DNA from: a virus
Lineage: Duplodnaviria; Caudoviricetes
Strand: one strand, 5' to 3'
Length of the DNA stretch: 46,204 nucleotides
Virus record (IMG/VR): IMGVR_UViG_3300037692_000185
Span: 1-46,204 of that record
Positions 25,601-33,419 of this stretch are shown here, in pieces (position 1 is the first letter of the stretch; the number at the start of each line of letters is the position of its first letter). Below the pieces are notes generated by a model. That model saw nothing but the letters and a program-made list of their open reading frames with translations, was not told the origin of the DNA and ran no database searches. The position numbers and the translations under genes are program-made.

Positions 25601-25828
25601 ATGATGTGGGAGCTACTTGCGGCCGTCGTCTTTGTCTTGCTGTATTGGCTGGTCTTCGGGAATCCGATGACGATCTACGCAACACCGTTTGGTCTGCCGC
25701 TGCAACTGCTACTGGAGTGGACGGTGACTGAGCCGCAGAACGATGTTGCTCGCTACCACCCTTGGGCAGCGGTGGGGCTGAGCGTGGTTATTCTGACGGC
25801 GCTCATTGTTTTGCGGTACTCAATGTGA
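25601..25828 (+). CDS. Small two-TM membrane protein
   Basis: Two hydrophobic segments; start uncertain (25562-25604). Confidence 0.5.
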   Translation: MMWELLAAVVFVLLYWLVFGNPMTIYATPFGLPLQLLLEWTVTEPQNDVARYHPWAAVGLSVVILTALIVLRYSM

Positions 25829-25883
25829 AGTCGCTCGCAGAGACGCAGATGCGCGCGCGCGGAGAATGGCAGGAGGACTGGTG

Positions 25884-26309
25884 ATGGCGAAGCCTGTCGC
25901 GCAGTTCCTGACGCCACTCCGGCTCGAGGACATCGACGGCCACCGCGCTCGGCTATTCGACGCGTTGCACTACTACTCGGCCGACCTGCGGGGCGTCTTC
26001 GTGGTCCCGGCCGGGTTCGAGACGGATTTTGCCAGCATCCCACGCGGGCTCTGGAACGTCCTGCCGAAGCGGGGCAAGCACGATGCCCCGGCCGTCCTGC
26101 ACGACGCGGCGTATCGGGGAGCACTGCTGACGGGAGGTGGTCTGCGTGTGCGACTCGTGCGGGCACTCGCTGATGACCTGTTCCTCGAGGCGATGCGCGC
26201 CCGTGGCGTCAATCGCGTCAGCCGTCGGCTCATGTACTGGGCGGTCACCTGGTGGGGTAGTGGATCGTATCGCGGCGTGCCGCTCGACGAGCCAGACGAT
26301 GTGGCCTGA
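25884..26309 (+). CDS. DUF1353 family protein
   Basis: VPAGFETDFASIP, AVLHD..Y and ADDLFLEAM motifs; SD AGGAGG. Confidence 0.88.
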   Translation: MAKPVAQFLTPLRLEDIDGHRARLFDALHYYSADLRGVFVVPAGFETDFASIPRGLWNVLPKRGKHDAPAVLHDAAYRGALLTGGGLRVRLVRALADDLFLEAMRARGVNRVSRRLMYWAVTWWGSGSYRGVPLDEPDDVA

Positions 26310-26565
26310 TCCTCCCGTGCTCGACGTGTCGATCGTGGACGAGATGGGCCGCACGCCAATGGCGCGTGCGTTTACTGCGGCAGAGACGACGGGTTCACCG
26401 AGGTCCGATCCTGCGGGGCCGTGCATCTCGAGCGGTGCTGGGCCCGCTACACGACGGTGCAGCGACGACGCACGCGACTGTCGATGGTGTGATGCGGCGC
26501 ACTCGCTCGACGCGGACGGTTGGTGCTGGTGCTGCGGCAAGAGGATGACGGTGACGCGCCTGTGA
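26299..26565 (+). CDS. Hypothetical Cys-rich protein
   Basis: CRWC...CWCC at the C-terminus; start inferred. Confidence 0.35.
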   Translation: MWPDPPVLDVSIVDEMGRTPMARAFTAAETTGSPRSDPAGPCISSGAGPATRRCSDDARDCRWCDAAHSLDADGWCWCCGKRMTVTRL

Positions 26566-26682
26566 ATCGCCCGCTGGGAAGCGCAGGCTGAGACATCCTG
26601 CGGAGGGTGAAGATCAGGCCGTCACCGTCAGCGATCGTACGATCGTACAACGAACGACAGAAAAACAAGAGGGACAAGAACA

Positions 26683-27084
26683 ATGGCTATCCAACTCGCG
26701 GTCTCCACTCGGAATGCCCGTCTCGATGCGATCGAGACCGACCTGGGCGCCAGCCCGCTGCTCGAGCTCCGCACGGGTGCGGCTCCCGCCGACTGCGCCG
26801 CCGCCGACAGCGGCACGCTGCTTTCGAGCTTCGCGCTGCCGGCGGATGCCTTCGCCGCGGCCGCCTCTGGCGCGAAGGCGAAGACCGGCACCTGGCAGGA
26901 CACCGGCGAAGCGGCGGGCACGGCCGCGCACTTCCGCTTGAAGACGAGCGGTGGGGTCTGCAAGGTGCAGGGCACCGTCACGGCGACGAGCGGTGGCGGC
27001 GACCTCGAGCTGGACAACACCGTGATCGCGGTCGGTCAGACCATCACCATCACGACGTTCGAGCTGACCGACGCCAACGCGTGA
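26683..27084 (+). CDS. Putative virion structural protein
   Basis: RNARLDAI...GTAAHFRL...QGTVT..GGGDLELDNT, a pattern recurrent in phage structural modules. Confidence 0.7.
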   Translation: MAIQLAVSTRNARLDAIETDLGASPLLELRTGAAPADCAAADSGTLLSSFALPADAFAAAASGAKAKTGTWQDTGEAAGTAAHFRLKTSGGVCKVQGTVTATSGGGDLELDNTVIAVGQTITITTFELTDANA

Positions 27085-27121
27085 CAGCCGCGATCCGGCG
27101 ACGGACCGCAGGAGTGACCAA

Positions 27122-27862
27122 ATGAGGAGCTGGACTAGATTCGTCGCGGGCAAGGTACTCACGTGCTGCGTCGTCTGCGGGCTCAGCATCGCGCCGGTCT
27201 CCGGACAAGATACGCCACGGAGTCCGTACACGACGGTGATCTTTACCGCGAGTGCGGATCATGCGGCGACGAGCGGCGGCACGGTGCTGCTGACGCGGTA
27301 CGTGCTGGAGATCGTCGTCGCCGGGAAGGTGCTCACGACGGCGGATCTGGGCAAGCCGACGCCAGTCGGTGGGGACATCGCGTGGGCGGGCCTCGCGGCG
27401 CTGACGGCGAGTCTGGCGCCTGGTGCCTATGATGTGCGCGTGGCGTCGGAGGGTCCTGGCGGGCGGACCTTGTCCGCGCCGGCGCCACTCACTATTGAGC
27501 CGCCGTCTCCTCCGCCTCCTCCGCCACCTCCACCCCCGCCACCCCCACCCCCGCCGACCTGTCCGGCCGGCGCCGTGGTGCTCTCGGTGGGGGATTGGAC
27601 GCGCGGTGGGCCGCCCAAGGGGAGTGGGCGGGTGCTGTTCGCGCTGACCTCGAGTACGCGACCGATTGTGAGGCTGGAGACGAGGCTGAACGGCGCGCTG
27701 ACGCCGAACGTACAGCCGATGGCGGACGACCTCCGGTTCGTCGCCGGCTCGTACTTCGACCTGCCGGCGACAGCCGGCACGTATCAACTGACGGTTGCTG
27801 CCTTCGATGCGCTGGGCTGCAGCGACGGCGCCGCGCGACCGATGACGATCGTCGTGCAATGA
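27122..27862 (+). CDS. Secreted/surface protein with two beta domains joined by a poly-proline linker
   Basis: Signal-like N-terminus; near-uninterrupted Pro run; GTYQLTVAAFDALG Ig/Fn-like end; SD AGGAG. Confidence 0.7.
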   Translation: MRSWTRFVAGKVLTCCVVCGLSIAPVSGQDTPRSPYTTVIFTASADHAATSGGTVLLTRYVLEIVVAGKVLTTADLGKPTPVGGDIAWAGLAALTASLAPGAYDVRVASEGPGGRTLSAPAPLTIEPPSPPPPPPPPPPPPPPPPTCPAGAVVLSVGDWTRGGPPKGSGRVLFALTSSTRPIVRLETRLNGALTPNVQPMADDLRFVAGSYFDLPATAGTYQLTVAAFDALGCSDGAARPMTIVVQ

Positions 27863-28299
27863 CATTGACGTTACGCAAGCGTCTCGATCGGATCGAGCGC
27901 CTGCTGGCCGACATTGGCCGAGTGCTGCAGGACATGGCGCCACCTGCGCCTGCAGCGACACGAATCAGAATCTGGTGGCAAGGAGCGGCAGACATGGAAA
28001 TGCTACAGACAGGCGTCCCGCGAACGGCGCGGATCACCCTCGAAGATGCGAGCGGCAACCCCGCGACGGTCGACGGTCTACCGGAGTGGGCCAGCTCGGA
28101 CCCACGGATCGCGGCGGTCGTCCCGGCGCCGGACGGGATGTCAGCCATCGTCACGCCGGGCTTGGCGGGAGAGTGCCAGATCAGCGTCACCGTGGACGCG
28201 GATCTCGGGGATGGCGTCAAGCCGATCGTGGGGGAGGCGGCCGTGCGTGTGTTGTCCGGTGAGGTCACGCGCGTGGCCATCGCCTTCGACCCCGCATAG
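27859..28299 (+). CDS. Ig-like (Big_2-type) domain protein
   Basis: EWASSDPRIAAV...GECQISVT; ATGA overlap with the upstream stop. Confidence 0.7.
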   Translation: MTLTLRKRLDRIERLLADIGRVLQDMAPPAPAATRIRIWWQGAADMEMLQTGVPRTARITLEDASGNPATVDGLPEWASSDPRIAAVVPAPDGMSAIVTPGLAGECQISVTVDADLGDGVKPIVGEAAVRVLSGEVTRVAIAFDPA

Positions 28300-28308
28300 G
28301 GACCGTGC

Positions 28309-28881
28309 GTGCCCGGTGATGCTGAGGTGGGCCCTGAAGAGATCGCGCGGCGCCTGCTCGCGAGAATCGCGTGCAGCCGAGGCCTGCACGCATCCCTCGA
28401 GGCCGCGGCAGATACCGTGGATGCGCTGATGGTGCGTCTCCACGTTAGCGCGAAGGAGATTCAGGCGGAGCAAGCGGCGTTGCAGCGGATCCTCCCGGAG
28501 GGAGGCGTTATCGTGGTGGGAGATCTGGCGGTTGTGGTCGAGTGCCACGGGGTGCGCGTACTTCCTGCGCACACCTCGAGTTCGATCTGCGGCGTCGGCC
28601 CTGTGCAGACGGTGAAAGGACTAGACGACAATGGCCTATCCAACAGGAATGCTGAGCCTCGTGCTCAGCCACATCGACCAGCACCTGGTCGGGCTCAAAC
28701 TGATGGTGCAACAGGTGCGCGCGGAGGCGGCGGCAGGATCGATCCCGTCGTCGCGGATCCTGACGCTGTTTATCGATCTGCGACAAGCCCGAGTGACCAC
28801 GGCGCTCGACGCTGTCACGGATTGGATCAGCGCAAACTTCCCCAAGGACGGCCACGCTGCGGACGCAACTCGATAGTCTGA
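28309..28881 (+). CDS. Hypothetical protein (3' half overlaps the next gene)
   Basis: N-terminal half is helical and protein-like; the C-terminal half looks like an off-frame run-on. Confidence 0.4.
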   Translation: MPGDAEVGPEEIARRLLARIACSRGLHASLEAAADTVDALMVRLHVSAKEIQAEQAALQRILPEGGVIVVGDLAVVVECHGVRVLPAHTSSSICGVGPVQTVKGLDDNGLSNRNAEPRAQPHRPAPGRAQTDGATGARGGGGRIDPVVADPDAVYRSATSPSDHGARRCHGLDQRKLPQGRPRCGRNSIV

Positions 28882-28898
28882 TCGCGACGATCGACTAG
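28631..28898 (+). pseudogene. Probable frameshifted/deleted phage gene
   Basis: The ORF stops at 28876 after FPKDGHAADATR, but the +1 frame at 28854-28898 reads TLRTQLDSLIATID-stop and ends 9 nt before the next ATG. Confidence 0.45.
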
Positions 28899-28907
28899 AG
28901 CCCTACG

Positions 28908-30992
28908 ATGCCGACTCCTCCGAGCTTCATCCAGGAGCGCGAGACCGCGTGGAACACGACGACGCCGAAGTCGACGTCGTCGTTCTCCGTGCTGGCCGAC
29001 GACATCCTGATTGCGCTCGCCGGGATGGAATCCGCTCCCCCCGATCTGGATACGCCCACGGGGGGCTCGCTCACGTGGACGGCACGCGCGACAGAAGACG
29101 ACGGGTCTAGTAACCGCGCGGAAGCCAGGATTTGGTCAGCGCTGGTGGACAGCGATAAGTCCATGACGGTCTCGGTGTCGCGGTCCGGGATCACCCTGAC
29201 GTTCGGCGCGAACGTGCTCACCTTTCGCGGCAGCGATGGGATCGGCGCGGCGGCGAGCACGAACAACGGCACGGGGGCCGGTGCGCCGTCGTTGGCCATC
29301 ACCACGACGGAGGACAATTCAGCCATCGCAGTGATCGTGGTGGACTGGAATGCGATCGACGGGGCCTCGCGTACGTGGCGCACGGTCAACGGCATCGCGC
29401 CGAGTGCGGCGAATGGGTACGAGCTGACGTACAACCGCAACAGCGCGACGCATACCGCGTACATCGCGTACTACCCGGACGCTGGGGCGGCGGGCAGCAA
29501 GACAGTCGGGCTGACGGCGCCGAGCACACAGCGGTACGTCATCTGCGCGGTCGAGATTCTGGGCGCGGCAGGCGGCAGCGTCGAGGGTGTCCTTGATGCC
29601 ACGCTCGGCGCGCTGACTGGGACGGGCGCCGGCACTGTCGCGATTGTCGGGACCGCGGATGCCACGCTCGGCGCGCTCACGGCCGCGGCCACTGGCGAGA
29701 TAGTACTTGCGGGCGCGCTCGAGGTGACGCTCGGTGCGTTGACCCTCGCGGCGACCGGTGGCACGACGCCTGCCGAGGGCGTGCTCGACGCGACGTTGGG
29801 CGCCGTCACGCTCGCGGCCGCGGCGACGAGCACGATCAGTGGCGCGGCCGCCGTCACGCTGGGGGCGCTCACGTCGACGGCCGCGGGCGAGCTGGCGATC
29901 GACGGCGCCGCGTCGATCACGCTGGGAGCTGTCTCGACGGACGCGACAGGGGCCGTCGCGGTCACTGGCGCGCTCGAGGTGACGCTGGGGGCGCTGACCC
30001 TCGAGGCGGTTGGCGAGAATGGGACCACCGGCGCCCTGGATGCCACGCTCGGCATCCTCACGACGACTGGCGCCGGTACGGTGGCCATCACCGGAACGGC
30101 GTCACCGACCCTTGGGGCGCTGACGACCACCGGCGCCGGTGGAGTAGCCATCGTCGGGCAGGCTGATGCCACGCTGGCTGCGCTGACGTCGACGGCCGCC
30201 GGGGCTGTCGCGATTGTGGGGGCACTGGACGTCACGCTCGACGCCCTGACAGTCGAGGCTGCCGGCCTGGTGCAGGAGCCTGGCGCGATCACTGGGGCGC
30301 TGGACGTCACGCTGAGCGCGCTGACATTGTCCGGTGTCGGCGAGGTGGCCATCGTCGGCGCCGCGGCCGTGACGCTTGACGCGCTGACGCTGGACGCGGC
30401 CGCCGGCGTGGCCGTCGGCGGCGACCTCGAGCAGACCCTCGACGCGCTCGTGGTGACCGCGGCCGGCGTGGCGCCGATTGCCGGCGTGCTTGAGACCACC
30501 CTGGGGTCGCTCGCGCTGGAGGCCGGTGGTGGCACGACGCCGGCCGAGGGCGTGCTCGCCGTCACCCTCGGCTCGCTGACCCTGCAGGCGGCGGCCGCCG
30601 TCGCGATCACTGGGAGCGTGACCGCCACGCTGGGCGCGGTGACCCTCGACGCGACCGCGGCCGCGCTAGTGACCGGCACGCTCGGCGCCACACTCGCGAC
30701 GGTGACCGTGAGCGCCGCCGGTGCCGTCGATGTGGTCGGCGCGCTCAACGTCACGCTGGCGCCGACGACCGTTGTGGCCGTGGGGATTGTCGGGGTCTAC
30801 GTCGAGGGGGCGCTCGATGTCACGCTGGGCGCCCTGACGCTCGCTGGCTTCGGGTTGGTGTTTGACCCGGGCGTGCTGCTCGGGCGTGGCAGCTACGTGG
30901 CGACTCTGGACGGGATCGGGTCGTTCTCATCCAGCCTGGCGGGTCGCGGGAGTTATGTGGACGCGCTCGAGGGCGCGGGATCGCTGGAGTAG
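28908..30992 (+). CDS. Large repetitive virion/fibre-like protein
   Basis: N-terminal domain of about 220 aa, then many ~21-23-aa repeats of G.L..TLGALT..A.G.V.I; GGTTPAEGVL occurs twice. Confidence 0.8.
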   Translation: MPTPPSFIQERETAWNTTTPKSTSSFSVLADDILIALAGMESAPPDLDTPTGGSLTWTARATEDDGSSNRAEARIWSALVDSDKSMTVSVSRSGITLTFGANVLTFRGSDGIGAAASTNNGTGAGAPSLAITTTEDNSAIAVIVVDWNAIDGASRTWRTVNGIAPSAANGYELTYNRNSATHTAYIAYYPDAGAAGSKTVGLTAPSTQRYVICAVEILGAAGGSVEGVLDATLGALTGTGAGTVAIVGTADATLGALTAAATGEIVLAGALEVTLGALTLAATGGTTPAEGVLDATLGAVTLAAAATSTISGAAAVTLGALTSTAAGELAIDGAASITLGAVSTDATGAVAVTGALEVTLGALTLEAVGENGTTGALDATLGILTTTGAGTVAITGTASPTLGALTTTGAGGVAIVGQADATLAALTSTAAGAVAIVGALDVTLDALTVEAAGLVQEPGAITGALDVTLSALTLSGVGEVAIVGAAAVTLDALTLDAAAGVAVGGDLEQTLDALVVTAAGVAPIAGVLETTLGSLALEAGGGTTPAEGVLAVTLGSLTLQAAAAVAITGSVTATLGAVTLDATAAALVTGTLGATLATVTVSAAGAVDVVGALNVTLAPTTVVAVGIVGVYVEGALDVTLGALTLAGFGLVFDPGVLLGRGSYVATLDGIGSFSSSLAGRGSYVDALEGAGSLE

Positions 30993-30996
30993 AGTG

Positions 30997-31383
30997 ATGG
31001 CATTACGACAGGATTTCGGCGTCGACGATCAGCGGCCGTATTTTCTCGGCGAAAACAAGGTCCTGCGGTTCGAGATCTTTGGGGCCGACGACGTGACGCC
31101 GATCGATGTCGCGACCTTCGCGATGAAGTGGGCGGCCGCGCGGAAGCGTACGGGTGAGGTCCTGATCGAGAAGACTACCGCCGACGACGAGATCGAGGTC
31201 ACTGGTGTCTTCGACGTGGACCCCGTGGTCAACACGCAGCGCGTCGAGGTCACCGTGGACGACAGCGACACCGACGATCTCGCGGCGGGCGTCTACGATC
31301 ATGCGCTGAAGCGGATGGACACCGACGACGAGGGGATCCTGAGCTGGGGTGACCTGCGGTTTCGCCAGGCGGCCGCGCGCTGA
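30997..31383 (+). CDS. BppU-like/Ig-fold structural protein
   Basis: Acidic beta-rich 128 aa with VTVDDSDTDDL..GVYDH; last gene of the rightward late unit. Confidence 0.6.
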   Translation: MALRQDFGVDDQRPYFLGENKVLRFEIFGADDVTPIDVATFAMKWAAARKRTGEVLIEKTTADDEIEVTGVFDVDPVVNTQRVEVTVDDSDTDDLAAGVYDHALKRMDTDDEGILSWGDLRFRQAAAR

Positions 31384-31387
31384 TTCC

Positions 31388-31407
31388 GCGTGCAGACGTC
31401 TGCACGC
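31388..31407. repeat. Palindrome copy 3 (20-bp perfect GCGTGCAGACGTCTGCACGC)
   Basis: Core at 31390-31405, in the 40-bp gap between convergent transcription units. Confidence 0.95.
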
Positions 31408-31423
31408 AGGAGGAAACTCCCTT

Positions 31424-31756
31424 CTACCGCGTGGGTCGTCGACGCGGTTTGCGCGCACGCCGTGACGTCTCCTCCCGCGTGAGACACGTCGAGCACCGCG
31501 ACGTATGCCCGCCGAGGTCGCCGCCGCAGCGGCACAGGCCGAGCTGGCGCCTGGCCGCGATCCATTGTTGACGCCACGAGCGATCCTCGCTCGCGCACGC
31601 GGCGCAGTACCAGATCCGTCCCGGCTCTCGCCGGTGGCCGCACCGGGCACACCGCCCGGCGGCCGCGCGTCGACGCTGCAGGAGCGCCTGCGGGCTCGTG
31701 TGGTGCGCGCGGGCCGTCGCGCTCAGCTCGCCGTAGTCACCCTTGTGCTTCGCCAT
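31424..31756 (-). CDS. Basic multi-Cys zinc-finger protein
   Basis: CARC, CAAC, CRC, CSTC; ATG overlaps the upstream TGA. Confidence 0.6.
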   Translation of the reverse strand: MAKHKGDYGELSATARAHHTSPQALLQRRRAAAGRCARCGHRREPGRIWYCAACASEDRSWRQQWIAARRQLGLCRCGGDLGGHTSRCSTCLTREETSRRARKPRRRPTR

Positions 31757-32121
31757 CAGATCCGGTCTCCAGTACGCCAGCCCGCGTCGATCAGGCGCCG
31801 GGTGAGGGTCGGCATGTCGGCGTGCGGCACGCGCAGCGCCCCGCCGACCCACGCCCACCCGTGGCGGGTCGCCAGCGCCATCGACCGGAGATGGTCGAGC
31901 GCCTCGGCCGACTGCGGCGCGACGAGCATCCCGATCGCGCCATCGCGCGCGTACAGGTAGTCCACGGGGCGCTGCTCGTGGGTCGCTTGCCACGCCGCCT
32001 TGCGCGCCCGACAGACCATCGGGCGGCCGGCCACGACTCGACAGGGGCGACGGATCGCGGCGCCGCAGGTCGGGCACGGACCGATCGCCAAGATCTTGGT
32101 CTCGCGGTTTTTGTCCGTCAT
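31756..32121 (-). CDS. Hypothetical protein with zinc-ribbon motif
   Basis: CPTCGAAIRRPCR...CRAR; coupled to both neighbours. Confidence 0.65.
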   Translation of the reverse strand: MTDKNRETKILAIGPCPTCGAAIRRPCRVVAGRPMVCRARKAAWQATHEQRPVDYLYARDGAIGMLVAPQSAEALDHLRSMALATRHGWAWVGGALRVPHADMPTLTRRLIDAGWRTGDRI

Positions 32122-32807
32122 TCGGCCCTCGCGACGTCGAGGTCGTACTCGCCCGGCTGGTAGCTGACCTCGGTGAACCCCTGCTCGCCGGTGTCAGGAC
32201 GCTGCGCCCACGTGTCCGTCGTGCGCCCGCAGCCGCAGCGGAGGCATGCCTCGTGGATGATCACGCCGCCGCCGTGGCCCCACACGCCGGGGTTCTCGGC
32301 GAGCCCACCGACAAGCGCGTGTGGGCTCTGCCAGTCGTGCTCCCGGCCGTCCACGCAGTCGGGCTTTTGGGGCTGGAGGACCGCCGTATCCGTACCCGTC
32401 TCGCCGGTGAGGTCACACTCGGCCCGCACGGTGATGTAGATCGTGGCCTGCCGCGCCTCCTCGTCGTAGTCGCCATCCTGCGACCACGCCACCGCCTCCT
32501 CGAGCGCCTCCGCGAGACTGGACGCAATGATGGTCTGCTCGGCGCCGGAGTCCTCTCGAATTCTCCACGCCCTGGGCTCGTCTGATGCCGCCAGCGCGAC
32601 GCGCGCGACCTCGATGGCGGCGTCCAGCTCACGCTCACGGGCGTCGTAGGCGGCCGAGTATGCCGCGTACTCGAGGCTCTCGTCTGGCGTCGGGGTCGGC
32701 ACGGCCTCGTAGAGGGCCGCGATGTCGGGCAGGGCGTCGATGTCGGCGCGCTGCGCCAGGAGGGTGCGGAGGGTATCGGCGAGCGGGGTCGGTGTCGTCT
32801 GGGCCAT
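32118..32807 (-). CDS. Acidic hypothetical protein
   Basis: SD GAGGAG before the ATG at 32807; C-terminal HDW...HGGG...CLRCG; downstream of a strong promoter. Confidence 0.75.
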   Translation of the reverse strand: MAQTTPTPLADTLRTLLAQRADIDALPDIAALYEAVPTPTPDESLEYAAYSAAYDARERELDAAIEVARVALAASDEPRAWRIREDSGAEQTIIASSLAEALEEAVAWSQDGDYDEEARQATIYITVRAECDLTGETGTDTAVLQPQKPDCVDGREHDWQSPHALVGGLAENPGVWGHGGGVIIHEACLRCGCGRTTDTWAQRPDTGEQGFTEVSYQPGEYDLDVARAE

Positions 32808-32863
32808 CGGTCTCTCCTCGATGGAGGCGCTCGGCGGGAGTGCCGAGCGCGTCTTACACAATC

Positions 32864-32892
32864 AATATACGACTTTCAATGGGGCCGGTCAA
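32864..32892 (-). promoter_or_regulatory. Sigma70-type promoter TTGACC-17bp-TATATT
   Basis: -35 at 32892-32887 and -10 at 32869-32864, in an AT-rich gap upstream of the leftward operon. Confidence 0.8.
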
Positions 32893-32953
32893 GTCGAATC
32901 GATACCTGGACTGTCGATGTTTGAAGAAATGGCGAAAGCTGTTCAGGCCAGAA

Positions 32954-33358
32954 TCAGCGCCCGACGACGGTGTCCGCCCAGGCCAGTGGGTACGGTCCGT
33001 CCGGGAGCACGACGCACGCCGGATGCCCGCCCGGGCACGTGATGGACGCGACCGGCTCTTTCTTCGGCGCCGCCGGCGGCACCGCGTTGTCGTTCGGGTG
33101 GAAAAATCGGCGCGCGATAACGGCACCGTTGCCGCCGTGTTGGCCCGTCGCGCAGTGATAGAACACCCACACGGAGCGATCGTACACGACCGGTGAGGCG
33201 CTGAGCGTGGTCACGCCGCAGGGGCTCGGCGGCAGCTGGTGGTCCTGATACCCGTTCCCGAAGTGGGTGAAGATGTAGTCCTGGGCGCCGACGCCGGCGC
33301 CCAGGAGGACGATTCCGATGATGAGGGCGGCGATGGGGTGTGTCTGGATGCTTCGCAT
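32954..33358 (-). CDS. Secreted protein (signal peptide)
   Basis: MRSIQTHPIAALIIGIVLLGAGVGA/QD; four Cys; SD GAGG. Confidence 0.7.
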   Translation of the reverse strand: MRSIQTHPIAALIIGIVLLGAGVGAQDYIFTHFGNGYQDHQLPPSPCGVTTLSASPVVYDRSVWVFYHCATGQHGGNGAVIARRFFHPNDNAVPPAAPKKEPVASITCPGGHPACVVLPDGPYPLAWADTVVGR

Positions 33359-33401
33359 TGTCTGGCCTCGGTTCATGGGTGACCTGGTTGACTTTTAATG
33401 T

Positions 33402-33417
33402 GTGCAGACATCTGCAC
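33402..33417. repeat. Palindrome copy 4, one mismatch (GTGCAGACATCTGCAC)
   Basis: Immediately after the integrase stop codon (33420). Confidence 0.9.
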
Positions 33418-33419
33418 GC

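Noticed and set aside
28603-28611. GTGCAGACG half-site of the palindrome
   Set aside because: Only one arm is present; plausible by chance in GC-rich sequence.
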